Below, one piece after another: positions 48,584 through 57,661 of a stretch of DNA of 64,000 nucleotides; the stretch's first letter is position 1, and each line of letters starts with the position of its first letter. Position numbers and translations under genes: made by a program. Below the pieces are notes generated by a model, which was given only the letters and a program-made list of their open reading frames with translations, did no database searches and had not been told where the DNA came from. Origin of the DNA: Minisyncoccota bacterium (GTDB taxonomy: Bacteria; Patescibacteriota; Microgenomatia; UBA1400; PJMF01); contig PJMF01000012.1 of assembly GCA_003173865.1 (NCBI GenBank), positions 8,908 to 72,907 on the forward strand, written 5' to 3'.

Positions 48584-51277
48584 ATGAGTAGTAACAAAGG
48601 AACTGCGGAATCTAGGATTCTTGCTTCCAGTGAAATTTTTCATCAAGAAGAGCAGTTAAAGCAGGCGGCAGATAACTTATCTAAACGTTGTTTTAATGCA
48701 ATGTTTAACAGAGCCGTTCAAACATCTGGAAATCTTCAAGAAACAAAGCTACCTAAAAAAGGCCAAAAAGGCGAATCTATTCAAGCAAAGCCTATGCTGG
48801 GATACCGTCGACCAGGCGAGTTTTTTTCTGTCCAAGGTATAGATTCTCAGCAAGAACTTGAAGCTATTTTTAATAGTCTTATTCTCAATGCCCTGCGTAA
48901 ACTCGCAGCGGAAGCAACAACTCCCGAAGAGCGAAAATTGAAAACCGAAATGCTAGGGATGGTGTTACCCGATTTTATTAGAGCATTAGTTTTAGATGGC
49001 GAGTTCATTGATCATATTCATGCAGATGATATTTCAAACATAGTAGATATTGCTTTAGATTGGTTCCTCCATCCGGAATTAGTCTCTCTGACACAAATTA
49101 AAATCGGTTTTGGAGGTAATGAGGAAGCGAACAGTCGTATGCCTGCTTATCCAATCAGTGCAATTCGTACTGCCGAAAGAGTCCAAGAAACTTTTGGTAG
49201 ACATCGAAACTGGGCGCTCTTAAAAGAGTTATATAAACTGACCGAAAAATCTGAAGACATTCGCCAGGCTTTAGAACTACACACAGAAGAATTTCTTTTT
49301 GTGAAAAGACAGGATGATGCTTCAATACCAACTCACGATTCAAGTACATACAGTGAGTTTGTACGAGACGAGCTTGCGAACTGTCAATATGTACGTGTTC
49401 AAGATGTTACTATGATCTTGCTAAAAACTTTTGCAGCTCTTGGTCACCCTTTAACCGAAAAAGAACAGGTTTCTCTGGCCCAAAAATATCACTTCACGGA
49501 CCAAACTCCTACTTTAGTATTTTTTAATGCTGCTCACGCAGCAATTACTATTAACTCGATGAATCGAGAGGCGGTCTTACAAACCCGCGAATACAACAAA
49601 GCTTTGATCACTGCCTACATGTCGGAATTTCATCCAGATCTTCCTATGCCTATATTTCAAAATGATCGAGATTGGAGTGAACATGACTCTTTCACCAAAC
49701 TCATGATTCTCTATGCCCAATTTGTCATTGAAAGTCATAGAGACGAAATGGGTGGAGTCGATGATCAGTTAGAGTCATTTGAAGCAAATCACCGTCAGAA
49801 TGCAAAAAGTACTCATTATGGAATGAATCCTGCCAAAATTTACGGATCTCTTCATCCATATTTCTTTGGTGATTCTCCCAATACCGAGAGCGGTGACCAA
49901 CTTCCTTTCAACAACGTGATGACTCCTCTTTTCCAACCTCGTCATATCGTTGGCCATCAAGGTGTCCCTGAGGTTACTTTTGGTGTCTATAGAGACGTTT
50001 TCAAAAGACATGCCAATCTACGAGATCTAGTGGAATGGTTAAAAAGAACAGAAAATTTGTCAAAAACATCCCTCTCTCAACTAGCAATAGAAGTTGATAC
50101 AAAGGTCATGGAAGCAGAAACACCTTCTTATGGCAAGAGGTTAATCGACTATATCACTAAAAAGGTGATGCCAGAAGCCAATATTGTTTCAACATCCAAA
50201 AACAAATTGCTGGAGAAGGCAAAGCATTTAAGGAATGAAGAGAACTCAGAAGTAGCCAGACAAGAATGGCTCTCCTTTTGTGCAGAACTTCAGTCTGAAG
50301 ATATTTTTGCTAAAACTGGAGTGACTGCTGACGAAGTAAGTAATGCGTTAATTCAAGTTCAAACTTGGCAGAGTGAAGCAAGAAATTTAAACGAACGTCT
50401 CTTTGCAACTACTGACCCAGATCAGCGTTTTGAAATCACAGAGCAATTGGCCGATTCATCTATTCCTATTCCAGTGCGAAGCACTGTGCGTATTGGAACA
50501 TCTGTGGGAAAACATGCCACTTATTATCTCAAAGAAGGTGATACACCTTTAGAAGGTTTCCACTCGGCTGATCAAATTTCATTAGTAAACTATACTCAAC
50601 GCTTTACTGCTGCAAGTTTGAATAAGCGCACTTTAGAAGGAACTGTTCCTTACACACAAAAAAATGTCTTGCCTGCTCTCATTGATAGTGACACCTCAAG
50701 AGGATGGGATATTTTTGCAGCCGCTTTAGCCGATCAATTGGGAACTATCTTTGGTGAAGAAGTATTTGCTCAATGGATGTCGGAAGACGTTGATAAAATG
50801 GCGAATCTTTATCGAGGCTCTGTTCAGGAAGAGCTAACATTTCAAGGAGATAAAGTAGAAAAAGCATCTCACGTTCATAATTTTCTTAGTCAAGGTATTC
50901 AAAACATCGCAGAAGAAAGAATTCAGGTCATCTTGGATGAAGCAGCACATCAAGGTATTACTTTAGAAACTCAGGGAGTCCGCCACTATGTATGGTCCGC
51001 CTTAGTTGGCTCATGGACCACTGAAGGTGGTAAGCAAGCGATTACTGATTCAGAAGTCATTGTCGACGAGATTCGAAGCACTATGTCCGACTTTATGGTC
51101 ATACTTCACGATGTCGCTCAGGCAAAAGGATATCATGGTTCTTCTGAAGAATTGGCCAAGGATGCTGGATGGATTGCTCTAGCAGAAAGAGAGTATCAAA
51201 AGGTAATGAGAAAAATATTCGCTGAGGATCAAGTAAACAGCGACGCTGTGCTGTTTGCTGCTGTGGCTGAGATTTAA
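48584..51277 (+). CDS. Large hypothetical protein (897 aa), soluble, no recognisable domain
   Basis: Long uninterrupted ORF with a GAAAGG Shine-Dalgarno. No TM segments and no known catalytic motifs recognised by eye. Confidence 0.6.
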   Translation: MSSNKGTAESRILASSEIFHQEEQLKQAADNLSKRCFNAMFNRAVQTSGNLQETKLPKKGQKGESIQAKPMLGYRRPGEFFSVQGIDSQQELEAIFNSLILNALRKLAAEATTPEERKLKTEMLGMVLPDFIRALVLDGEFIDHIHADDISNIVDIALDWFLHPELVSLTQIKIGFGGNEEANSRMPAYPISAIRTAERVQETFGRHRNWALLKELYKLTEKSEDIRQALELHTEEFLFVKRQDDASIPTHDSSTYSEFVRDELANCQYVRVQDVTMILLKTFAALGHPLTEKEQVSLAQKYHFTDQTPTLVFFNAAHAAITINSMNREAVLQTREYNKALITAYMSEFHPDLPMPIFQNDRDWSEHDSFTKLMILYAQFVIESHRDEMGGVDDQLESFEANHRQNAKSTHYGMNPAKIYGSLHPYFFGDSPNTESGDQLPFNNVMTPLFQPRHIVGHQGVPEVTFGVYRDVFKRHANLRDLVEWLKRTENLSKTSLSQLAIEVDTKVMEAETPSYGKRLIDYITKKVMPEANIVSTSKNKLLEKAKHLRNEENSEVARQEWLSFCAELQSEDIFAKTGVTADEVSNALIQVQTWQSEARNLNERLFATTDPDQRFEITEQLADSSIPIPVRSTVRIGTSVGKHATYYLKEGDTPLEGFHSADQISLVNYTQRFTAASLNKRTLEGTVPYTQKNVLPALIDSDTSRGWDIFAAALADQLGTIFGEEVFAQWMSEDVDKMANLYRGSVQEELTFQGDKVEKASHVHNFLSQGIQNIAEERIQVILDEAAHQGITLETQGVRHYVWSALVGSWTTEGGKQAITDSEVIVDEIRSTMSDFMVILHDVAQAKGYHGSSEELAKDAGWIALAEREYQKVMRKIFAEDQVNSDAVLFAAVAEI

Positions 51278-51307
51278 TATTTGATCGTGCTAAAATGAGA
51301 CATTTGT

Positions 51308-52429
51308 ATGAAAACAGACATCATTGAAGTATTGACTAAGCTTGTTTCATTCCAAACAGTGTCAGCTACAAGTGATCAAGAAAAAAACGCATTCCACGCT
51401 CAGCAATTTGTTGAAGCACACGAATACATCAAGCATTTATTTCAAGACACTCCCTTAATTGTTGAGACTATTGAAACTGCTGGTAAAAAAACTCTTACTG
51501 TTTCAAATAAAAAAACGATCGCTCCTGATATTGCAATGATTGTGCATTTAGACGTAGTCCCAGCCGGGGAGAGCTTATGGACAATGCGACAAGAGGGCGA
51601 TAGGCTCTTTGGTCGAGGCGTTTCCGACATGAAGGGCAGTATTACCGCCTGTTTAATAGTGATGAGAGAATTAGTAAAAATGAAATCAAATGATTTGCCT
51701 TCAGTCATGTTAATTATCACCCCCGACGAAGAAATCGGTGGTGCCTCAATGAAATTTCTACGTGACAAATTAAAATACTCTCCTCAATTTGTGCTTTGTC
51801 CTGACGGCGGTTATGGGTGGAAAATGGTTACGAATGCAAAAGGATGCCTACAGTTTCACTTTCAAACAACTGGAAAATCTGCTCACGCCTCACGACTCGC
51901 TGAAGGAGTGAATGCAGCAGAACCCCTGATTGAATTGTACCAGCAGCTACGTCGTGTTTTTCCCCATCAAAACGAAGCAGCTTGGGAAACAACAACTTTT
52001 AATTTAGGAGCCTTTCATACAGGTCAAGCCGCTAATCAAGTTCCAGATTTGGCAGAAATGAAGCTAGACTTTCGTTTCACTAATCAAAGTGAACGAGCGC
52101 TAATTGAGAAAGAACTCCAATCTGCAATCAACGCAAGTCCGTTAGAAATTAAAACTCTATCAGTCGTTGATGGTCATTTTTTTGAATCCAATCCTAATCA
52201 TCAAATCACGAAAAAATTCCTTTATTGTGTAGAAAAAGTGATCGGCAAACAGATTGAATTTGTAAAAGAGTACGGTGCTTCTGACGCAAGGTTCTTTACA
52301 GACGTGCCAACAGTTGTTTTGATCGGAGACGGGAAATATCATCATTCTTCAAAAGAAGAAATGTCTTTAACGAGTTTGGAACAATATGCCGAAGCAGTAC
52401 TAACATTTATTAAGAGTTATCGCCAATAA
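51308..52429 (+). CDS. M20-family metallopeptidase/deacylase (ArgE/DapE-like)
   Basis: HLDVVP metal-ligand motif and GRGVSDMKG catalytic region. Confidence 0.8.
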   Translation: MKTDIIEVLTKLVSFQTVSATSDQEKNAFHAQQFVEAHEYIKHLFQDTPLIVETIETAGKKTLTVSNKKTIAPDIAMIVHLDVVPAGESLWTMRQEGDRLFGRGVSDMKGSITACLIVMRELVKMKSNDLPSVMLIITPDEEIGGASMKFLRDKLKYSPQFVLCPDGGYGWKMVTNAKGCLQFHFQTTGKSAHASRLAEGVNAAEPLIELYQQLRRVFPHQNEAAWETTTFNLGAFHTGQAANQVPDLAEMKLDFRFTNQSERALIEKELQSAINASPLEIKTLSVVDGHFFESNPNHQITKKFLYCVEKVIGKQIEFVKEYGASDARFFTDVPTVVLIGDGKYHHSSKEEMSLTSLEQYAEAVLTFIKSYRQ

Positions 52430-53381
52430 GGGTGAGAAAATTTGGCATCAAAACCTCGCGAGGTCTATTCGTTTTTCTTTCCCAGATCTGTCTTTGAAGG
52501 TCAGCCAATCCCTGCGTACCACGTTCTTGAGTAATGGCTTGAGCTCTTAATAAAACTATTGCTGCGAGCATCGCATTCGTTATTTCAGGATGATTTTGAA
52601 CAGAGACAATGGGCCTATCTTTATAACTCAGCATTTGATTCTTGCCGGCACAATTAGATGCAAGTACATCGGCATTTTTGGGTTTTTGAGAAACATGTTG
52701 CGAATGAGTCGCTGAAATAGTGAGAGAATCTCCTTCATAACAATGAAGTAAAGGTTCCGATTTCGCCCTTTCAGTCAGTTGAATATCAACAGGGCCAATC
52801 TCCCGTTCTCTATTACCTCCAGTAGAAGTCATCCAAGAAACCTCTCCGCCCTGACAAAACGCAAACAACTGATGACTAAAACAAATGAGTAAACTCGGAG
52901 TTTGACTTAACGACAACACTTTATCAAAAGCAAGTACCCGTCTAATCCAAGGAGCATCCTGATGATGCATATCATGGATTGTTGTGACCATTGCCTCGGA
53001 TCCAGACATAATCACCCCATCGTACTCTTCCAACTGACGAGGAGGAGATGTTTCACCCTGACTTGCATGCCATACTTCAAAACGCTCATCATGTGGACTA
53101 AAACCAAGTTGGTAACGAAAAATATCGGAAACCGTATGATTACCCGAATGACCTACAGCGCCTATTTCGAGTAATTTTCTGCGCTCAGAGTTGAGTGGAG
53201 CAAAAAGACCATTTCCCCACCGTAATGCTAACTCTACAAACAAGATTTTAGATTGAGTCCTCAATTTATCGGCAACAACTCTTATCATTTCACGATGATG
53301 TGTTTCAGTATCTGCAATCTCTTCCTCACAACATTGTTTCTCTTGCTGAGTTAATGGAGAACTTATTTCTGCGAATGCCAT
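52410..53381 (-). CDS. Class I glutamine amidotransferase-like / peptidase C26 (gamma-glutamyl hydrolase-like) protein
   Basis: Nucleophile elbow LLICFSHQLF (Cys-x3-Gln) and a downstream NHPE His-Glu pair. About 100-aa N-terminal extension. Confidence 0.6.
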   Translation of the reverse strand: MAFAEISSPLTQQEKQCCEEEIADTETHHREMIRVVADKLRTQSKILFVELALRWGNGLFAPLNSERRKLLEIGAVGHSGNHTVSDIFRYQLGFSPHDERFEVWHASQGETSPPRQLEEYDGVIMSGSEAMVTTIHDMHHQDAPWIRRVLAFDKVLSLSQTPSLLICFSHQLFAFCQGGEVSWMTSTGGNREREIGPVDIQLTERAKSEPLLHCYEGDSLTISATHSQHVSQKPKNADVLASNCAGKNQMLSYKDRPIVSVQNHPEITNAMLAAIVLLRAQAITQERGTQGLADLQRQIWERKTNRPREVLMPNFLTLIGDNS

Positions 53382-53384
53382 ACA

Positions 53385-54494
53385 TTAATCCAATATTAGT
53401 TTCTCTACCGTATATTTCTTCAGTTTCATTTCATCGACTTCAAAACCCAACCCAGGCGCTGTCGGCACTTGAATATTTCCCTCGAGGTCAACAGTAAAAC
53501 TGTCTTTTACCAAATCATCTTTGTAGTAAAAACTATTTGGAGACATGTCTGCGGGATCAATAAAGTTCGGCAACGAAGCAACTGCAATGTTAAACGCTCG
53601 TCCAATACCTGTCTCAAGCATGCCACCACACCATACCCCCACATGTTGGGCTTGGCAAAGATCGTGAATTTTTTTACTTTCTAAAATACCGCCTACACGA
53701 CCGGGTTTGATGTTAATAATTTTGCAAGCACCAAGAAAAAGTGCTTTACGTGCATCTTCCACTGACAAAATGCTTTCATCTAAACAAATTGGTGTTTTAA
53801 TTTGCTTTTGCAGCACAGAGTGATCGACAATGTCGTCATCTCCAAGTGGTTGCTCGATCATTGTCAGATTATATTGATCAAGTTCTTTAAAAATCTCGAT
53901 CTGGTCGAGTGTAAACACAGAGTTTGCATCAACCATCAAGGGAACGTCACCAAACCTCGCACGCACTGCTTTGACCAGCTTGACGTCCCAACCAGGCTTA
54001 ATTTTCAGCTTCATACGCTGATACCCTTGAGAAATTCTTAACTCAATTTCTTCCAAAGTCGCCTCAATAGAATCCTTAATCCCAATACTTTCTCCTGCTC
54101 CAATCTTTGCGCGCGTGCCACCAAGCAAAGCCGACAGAGAACGTTCTTCTTGCAAAGACTGGACCATCAATAATGCTGTCTCTAAACCTGTTTTCGCAAA
54201 ATTATGTTTTTTAATAATTTTTAATTCATCCATGACCGCTTGGACTGTGGTGAACTCCTTATTCAAGACGAGCGGCGCAATATAATCGCGCAACACTAAC
54301 ATACAAATATCAGTCGTATCTGGCTTATAAAATGGATACGGCATTGCAGCGGCTTCCCCATATCCAATGAGTCCATCTGCCATTTCAACTTGAACGATCA
54401 CGGTGGCTTTACTTTCCAATTTCCACGAGCTCACTGCAAAAGAAGTGACCATCGGCACATCGACTTTGTAGAGAGTAATTTTTTTTATTTTCAT
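53385..54494 (-). CDS. Enolase-superfamily enzyme (MR/MLE family; dipeptide epimerase / OSBS / N-succinyl-amino-acid racemase-like)
   Basis: KIKPG catalytic lysine pair. Metal ligands in DANSVF, MIEQPL and CLDES. N-terminal capping domain. Start overlaps the upstream stop (ATGA). Confidence 0.8.
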   Translation of the reverse strand: MKIKKITLYKVDVPMVTSFAVSSWKLESKATVIVQVEMADGLIGYGEAAAMPYPFYKPDTTDICMLVLRDYIAPLVLNKEFTTVQAVMDELKIIKKHNFAKTGLETALLMVQSLQEERSLSALLGGTRAKIGAGESIGIKDSIEATLEEIELRISQGYQRMKLKIKPGWDVKLVKAVRARFGDVPLMVDANSVFTLDQIEIFKELDQYNLTMIEQPLGDDDIVDHSVLQKQIKTPICLDESILSVEDARKALFLGACKIINIKPGRVGGILESKKIHDLCQAQHVGVWCGGMLETGIGRAFNIAVASLPNFIDPADMSPNSFYYKDDLVKDSFTVDLEGNIQVPTAPGLGFEVDEMKLKKYTVEKLILD

Positions 54495-56125
54495 GAAATG
54501 ACAACCTCTCGTAATTGAATTAATTCTCTGAGTGCACGTTCTAGAGACATTGTTTTTTGTTTTTCATTTACAAAAGCGAGGGCTCGATCAGCACCATTTT
54601 GTTTTTGTTGTAACACCCACTGTGGATAAGCCAAGAAAGTTTGCTCTTCTGTAGATAATCCTTCGGCAGCTAAATCCAGGATTCTTTGTGTAAATGTATA
54701 AACCGAAAGATCCTCTACTACTCCGTCTAATCCTTGTTCAATAGCTACATCGCGTAACTTACTGAGTTGTCCCCAAGGAAAATGTTCAATGTATTTTTTT
54801 GTTTTATCTAAATTGCGAATTAAGCCAGCTTGCAATGCCGATGGACTTGTTGCCACCGAAAGTGCAATTTCTTTTCCCGCAGCATAAAGCTCTCGATCAG
54901 GAAGATTTGATCCAGGCGCTCTGCCCTCGATATACATAAAATGCGCATGTGCTTCAAAGATTTCTTCTACTTTCATTTGCGAAGTTTCTTTGCACGCTGC
55001 AACAAACTCCGCAACTGGAAAACCATCTTTTTTCAATGAATAACGAATACGACCTCCTGCTTCAAACTGCGCAAACTGCAGTACTTCCATATGCGCAATT
55101 TCTGGCGAAACTTCATACGCTTTAATAGCAGTTCCCGTAATAATCTCCGATAAATTCCGAGCTTTCCAAGTCTTCCCATCTAAATAATCGAGGACTGGTG
55201 GATTCCCATCCACGATCATGATGTCATCTTTTGCGTTTTTGTAACCAACTGCGCTCTGACTTGGCATCACAAAATAAATACCACTATCGCCACCAAACAT
55301 CCATTGAAAATATTGTGCGAGATTTTGAAATGGTTTATCGGGAAAACGAATCAAACGTCGATCACCAGCAACAGTTGACCCACTCATCATGCGCTCCCAC
55401 ATCATCAAACGATTTTCTTTGTATTGAGAAATCTTTCCTTCCTCAAAAGGACTGTTTGCAAAAAGTGCAATATTGGCCGCACTCGCACCGATGATCACAG
55501 TAAGTGCATCAGCTGCTTGAGAAACAGCAACTTGAGTACTGGGACTATTTTGCGCTCGCGCATCAATTCCAGCCGAATGATCCCAACCACGCTGCCACAA
55601 AAAGTCATACACTCCTTTCGGCACGACAAATTTTTTGTATGTCTTCATGTCTCTTGGAGCAAGTGGGTGAATTGATAGATTTATGGCAAAAGCATCTTCA
55701 GCTTGTAACGCCTTTTGAGTAGTTGAAATATCAAGTTGAATCGCTTTATGTAATTCCTGGAGCGTTTCGAATGGTGGCAAAGCTGTCTCTAATAAATTGA
55801 ATCCATTGTCCAAACCTTGCTCACCAAGATCTTGGCTGACAACTCCTACCGCAACTGTTTTCCCTTTTTTATCCTTTAAATTGTGAAGATGATCAAATGT
55901 GTGACGATGACTTGCCTGTTTGCTTAATTCATTAAAAAACACATCAGTAACATGATGAGAACTCCCGTCCTTTTTAGAAACGATAGTTTTCTCAAGTTCA
56001 GCACCAAATTTTTCGTTTTTCTTGACTAATTTTGACACAGGTGATTTTAACATATCTTTGCTTGAATATTTTGCTTTTTTAAAAAAATGCTGTACAATTC
56101 TGGGACATGTCGAGGCATGAAACAT
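54491..56125 (-). CDS. Glutamate--cysteine ligase family protein, plant/proteobacterial GshA type
   Basis: ALFANSPFEEGK closely matches the plant-type GCL segment ALFANSPFTEGK. Also NEKFGAELE and NGFNLLETALPPFETLQELH resemble the GTEHEKFGFE and SGAPLETLHQ regions. Alternative ATG at 56053. Confidence 0.6.
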   Translation of the reverse strand: MFHASTCPRIVQHFFKKAKYSSKDMLKSPVSKLVKKNEKFGAELEKTIVSKKDGSSHHVTDVFFNELSKQASHRHTFDHLHNLKDKKGKTVAVGVVSQDLGEQGLDNGFNLLETALPPFETLQELHKAIQLDISTTQKALQAEDAFAINLSIHPLAPRDMKTYKKFVVPKGVYDFLWQRGWDHSAGIDARAQNSPSTQVAVSQAADALTVIIGASAANIALFANSPFEEGKISQYKENRLMMWERMMSGSTVAGDRRLIRFPDKPFQNLAQYFQWMFGGDSGIYFVMPSQSAVGYKNAKDDIMIVDGNPPVLDYLDGKTWKARNLSEIITGTAIKAYEVSPEIAHMEVLQFAQFEAGGRIRYSLKKDGFPVAEFVAACKETSQMKVEEIFEAHAHFMYIEGRAPGSNLPDRELYAAGKEIALSVATSPSALQAGLIRNLDKTKKYIEHFPWGQLSKLRDVAIEQGLDGVVEDLSVYTFTQRILDLAAEGLSTEEQTFLAYPQWVLQQKQNGADRALAFVNEKQKTMSLERALRELIQLREVVIS

Positions 56126-56202
56126 TTACTTTTAGTTTTTTCTTTTTTACCAAACTTCCTCAAAGGGAGCTTTGCTAATTGAACTGAAAAAGCAACGCAA
56201 TA

Positions 56203-56225
56203 ACTCCCTAAAAGGGAGTTTTTTT
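56203..56225 (+). terminator. Terminator-like hairpin (ACTCCCT-aaa-AGGGAGT plus T7) between divergent genes, 20 nt upstream of the 56245 start; possible attenuator
   Basis: Stem plus U-run. An upstream AGGGAG at 56164-56169 could pair alternatively with the CTCCCT arm. Confidence 0.4.
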
Positions 56226-56244
56226 ATTTTAAAAAGGAGCAAAA

Positions 56245-57174
56245 ATGATTTCAACTCAAGAAGCAACTAGTCAACGAATCTCTGAAATGGCGCAAGTTAT
56301 TAACAACGCGCTATCCGCAACTCAAGAAATGATGCCCAAATTGATTAATAAAACAGTTCCAGTTGAAAATGCCTCAGGAACCGACATTATTATGGGTATC
56401 GGTCTCGTTTCGAACGGCAAAGTGAGCAGGGGCTTAAATCCGAGTGCCATTCCAATGGCCATAGCAGCCACCAATTTGCAGCGTGAAATCCAACAAAATG
56501 ATTATCGAAGCAAAATTAAGGTGTTAATTGCGGACACGTACGCAAAACAATTCCACAGAGAATATATTAATGCTGCTTACGCCGATGACGATGAACTTGA
56601 TCGAGATCCCGTAGCAGAAGCTGCTGTTTCGATCGAGCAAGCTCTAGGATTGCTGTTCATTGCTCTCGGAGCAACCGCAGATGTTGAAATTATTCGCACA
56701 TCGGATCTTGAAACTCCTAATTTTGAAACTTATGAAGAACAAGAAACCTATCACCTCAGTCGCGCTGTTGAAGAAGGTGCCGGTCTCATCGTCGGTTGGT
56801 CAAGCGAACGAGCACCATTGCCAGGAATGCCACCAGTTCGCGATGAAACCGTGTTTCATCGACATATGGATAAAGAACATCCAGATCTTCGCGGTATGTC
56901 AGGGAGGTTATACACCGTCGAAGGCCTTAGTTTAACTGACCAAATAAAAGGTCAGGCTCAATATGTCCCTCCTTACTTCACGACTCGAGTTGAAGCAGCT
57001 CTGGGCACAATTGTCGATTTAGAAGGACTAATAGACAAAAAAAACCAATTAAAAAATTTCTTTAAAGAGGTGGGGAGAGCACTTCGTAAAATTTTGCCAG
57101 GCGAAAAGACGGATGGGAAAGGTGATTTGCAGATCGTTCATGAACTGGTGAGAGAAATCGCTACTCAGGTGTAA
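56245..57174 (+). CDS. Hypothetical protein (309 aa)
   Basis: ORF with an AAGGAG Shine-Dalgarno. No recognised motif. Confidence 0.5.
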   Translation: MISTQEATSQRISEMAQVINNALSATQEMMPKLINKTVPVENASGTDIIMGIGLVSNGKVSRGLNPSAIPMAIAATNLQREIQQNDYRSKIKVLIADTYAKQFHREYINAAYADDDELDRDPVAEAAVSIEQALGLLFIALGATADVEIIRTSDLETPNFETYEEQETYHLSRAVEEGAGLIVGWSSERAPLPGMPPVRDETVFHRHMDKEHPDLRGMSGRLYTVEGLSLTDQIKGQAQYVPPYFTTRVEAALGTIVDLEGLIDKKNQLKNFFKEVGRALRKILPGEKTDGKGDLQIVHELVREIATQV

Positions 57175-57183
57175 AATCTGCAT

Positions 57184-57211
57184 TTGACTCAGTCCGAAAA
57201 TCACATATAAT
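57184..57211 (+). promoter_or_regulatory. Sigma-70 consensus promoter (TTGACT, 16-nt spacer, TATAAT)
   Basis: TTGACT at 57184-57189 and TATAAT at 57206-57211. Same architecture and shared sequence as the promoter at 48403. Confidence 0.5.
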
Positions 57212-57221
57212 TTAATGTCAT

Positions 57222-57296
57222 ATGTTTTCAAAGAATTACGTCATTGCTGTTATGCGCCAAGCCCTGCACGCAGGGGGAGGGTTTTGGATTTCGTAA
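57222..57296 (+). CDS. Candidate leaderless small ORF (24 aa: MFSKNYVIAVMRQALHAGGGFWIS)
   Basis: ATG lies 10 nt after the -10. It overlaps a GCCCTGC-acg-CAGGG hairpin and ends before the terminator at 57327. Could be a leader peptide or part of an sRNA. Confidence 0.25.
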   Translation: MFSKNYVIAVMRQALHAGGGFWIS

Positions 57297-57326
57297 AAAT
57301 GTAAAACATTTATTTAAAAATCAAAA

Positions 57327-57353
57327 CCCCTCTCCAAACCAGAGGGGTTTTTT
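57327..57353 (+). terminator. Intrinsic terminator (CCCCTCT-ccaaacc-AGAGGGG plus T6), 20 nt before the 57374 start
   Basis: 7-bp GC stem plus a U-run. Near-identical to the hairpin at 48543. Confidence 0.55.
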
Positions 57354-57373
57354 GTAAAAGGAAGGAGTTAGAA

Positions 57374-57661
57374 ATGGAACCTACAATGGATTACAGATTA
57401 AAATTTACGGAAAATGCTTTTAGGCAAGACGACGATTCTGAGTTTTTTGTGATGAGTGCAGCCGTTGAACTCCTACTAGAAGCTCGAAGTGCTCAAGAAG
57501 AAGCATTGTATTGGGAAGCTTTATGTGATTTATTTCCAGCAGCTTATGAAATTATCCGTAAAGAAATCCTTTTTCACGAGTTTACTTCACGAGATTTCAC
57601 TCAGACAGAGCGAAAAATTAGTGATCGTTATCGGCTCGTATTTGAACATCCTGAAAAATGA
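57374..57661 (+). CDS. Hypothetical small acidic protein (95 aa)
   Basis: ORF with a GGAAGGAG Shine-Dalgarno. Its 3' end overlaps recJ convergently by 44 bp. Confidence 0.4.
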   Translation: MEPTMDYRLKFTENAFRQDDDSEFFVMSAAVELLLEARSAQEEALYWEALCDLFPAAYEIIRKEILFHEFTSRDFTQTERKISDRYRLVFEHPEK

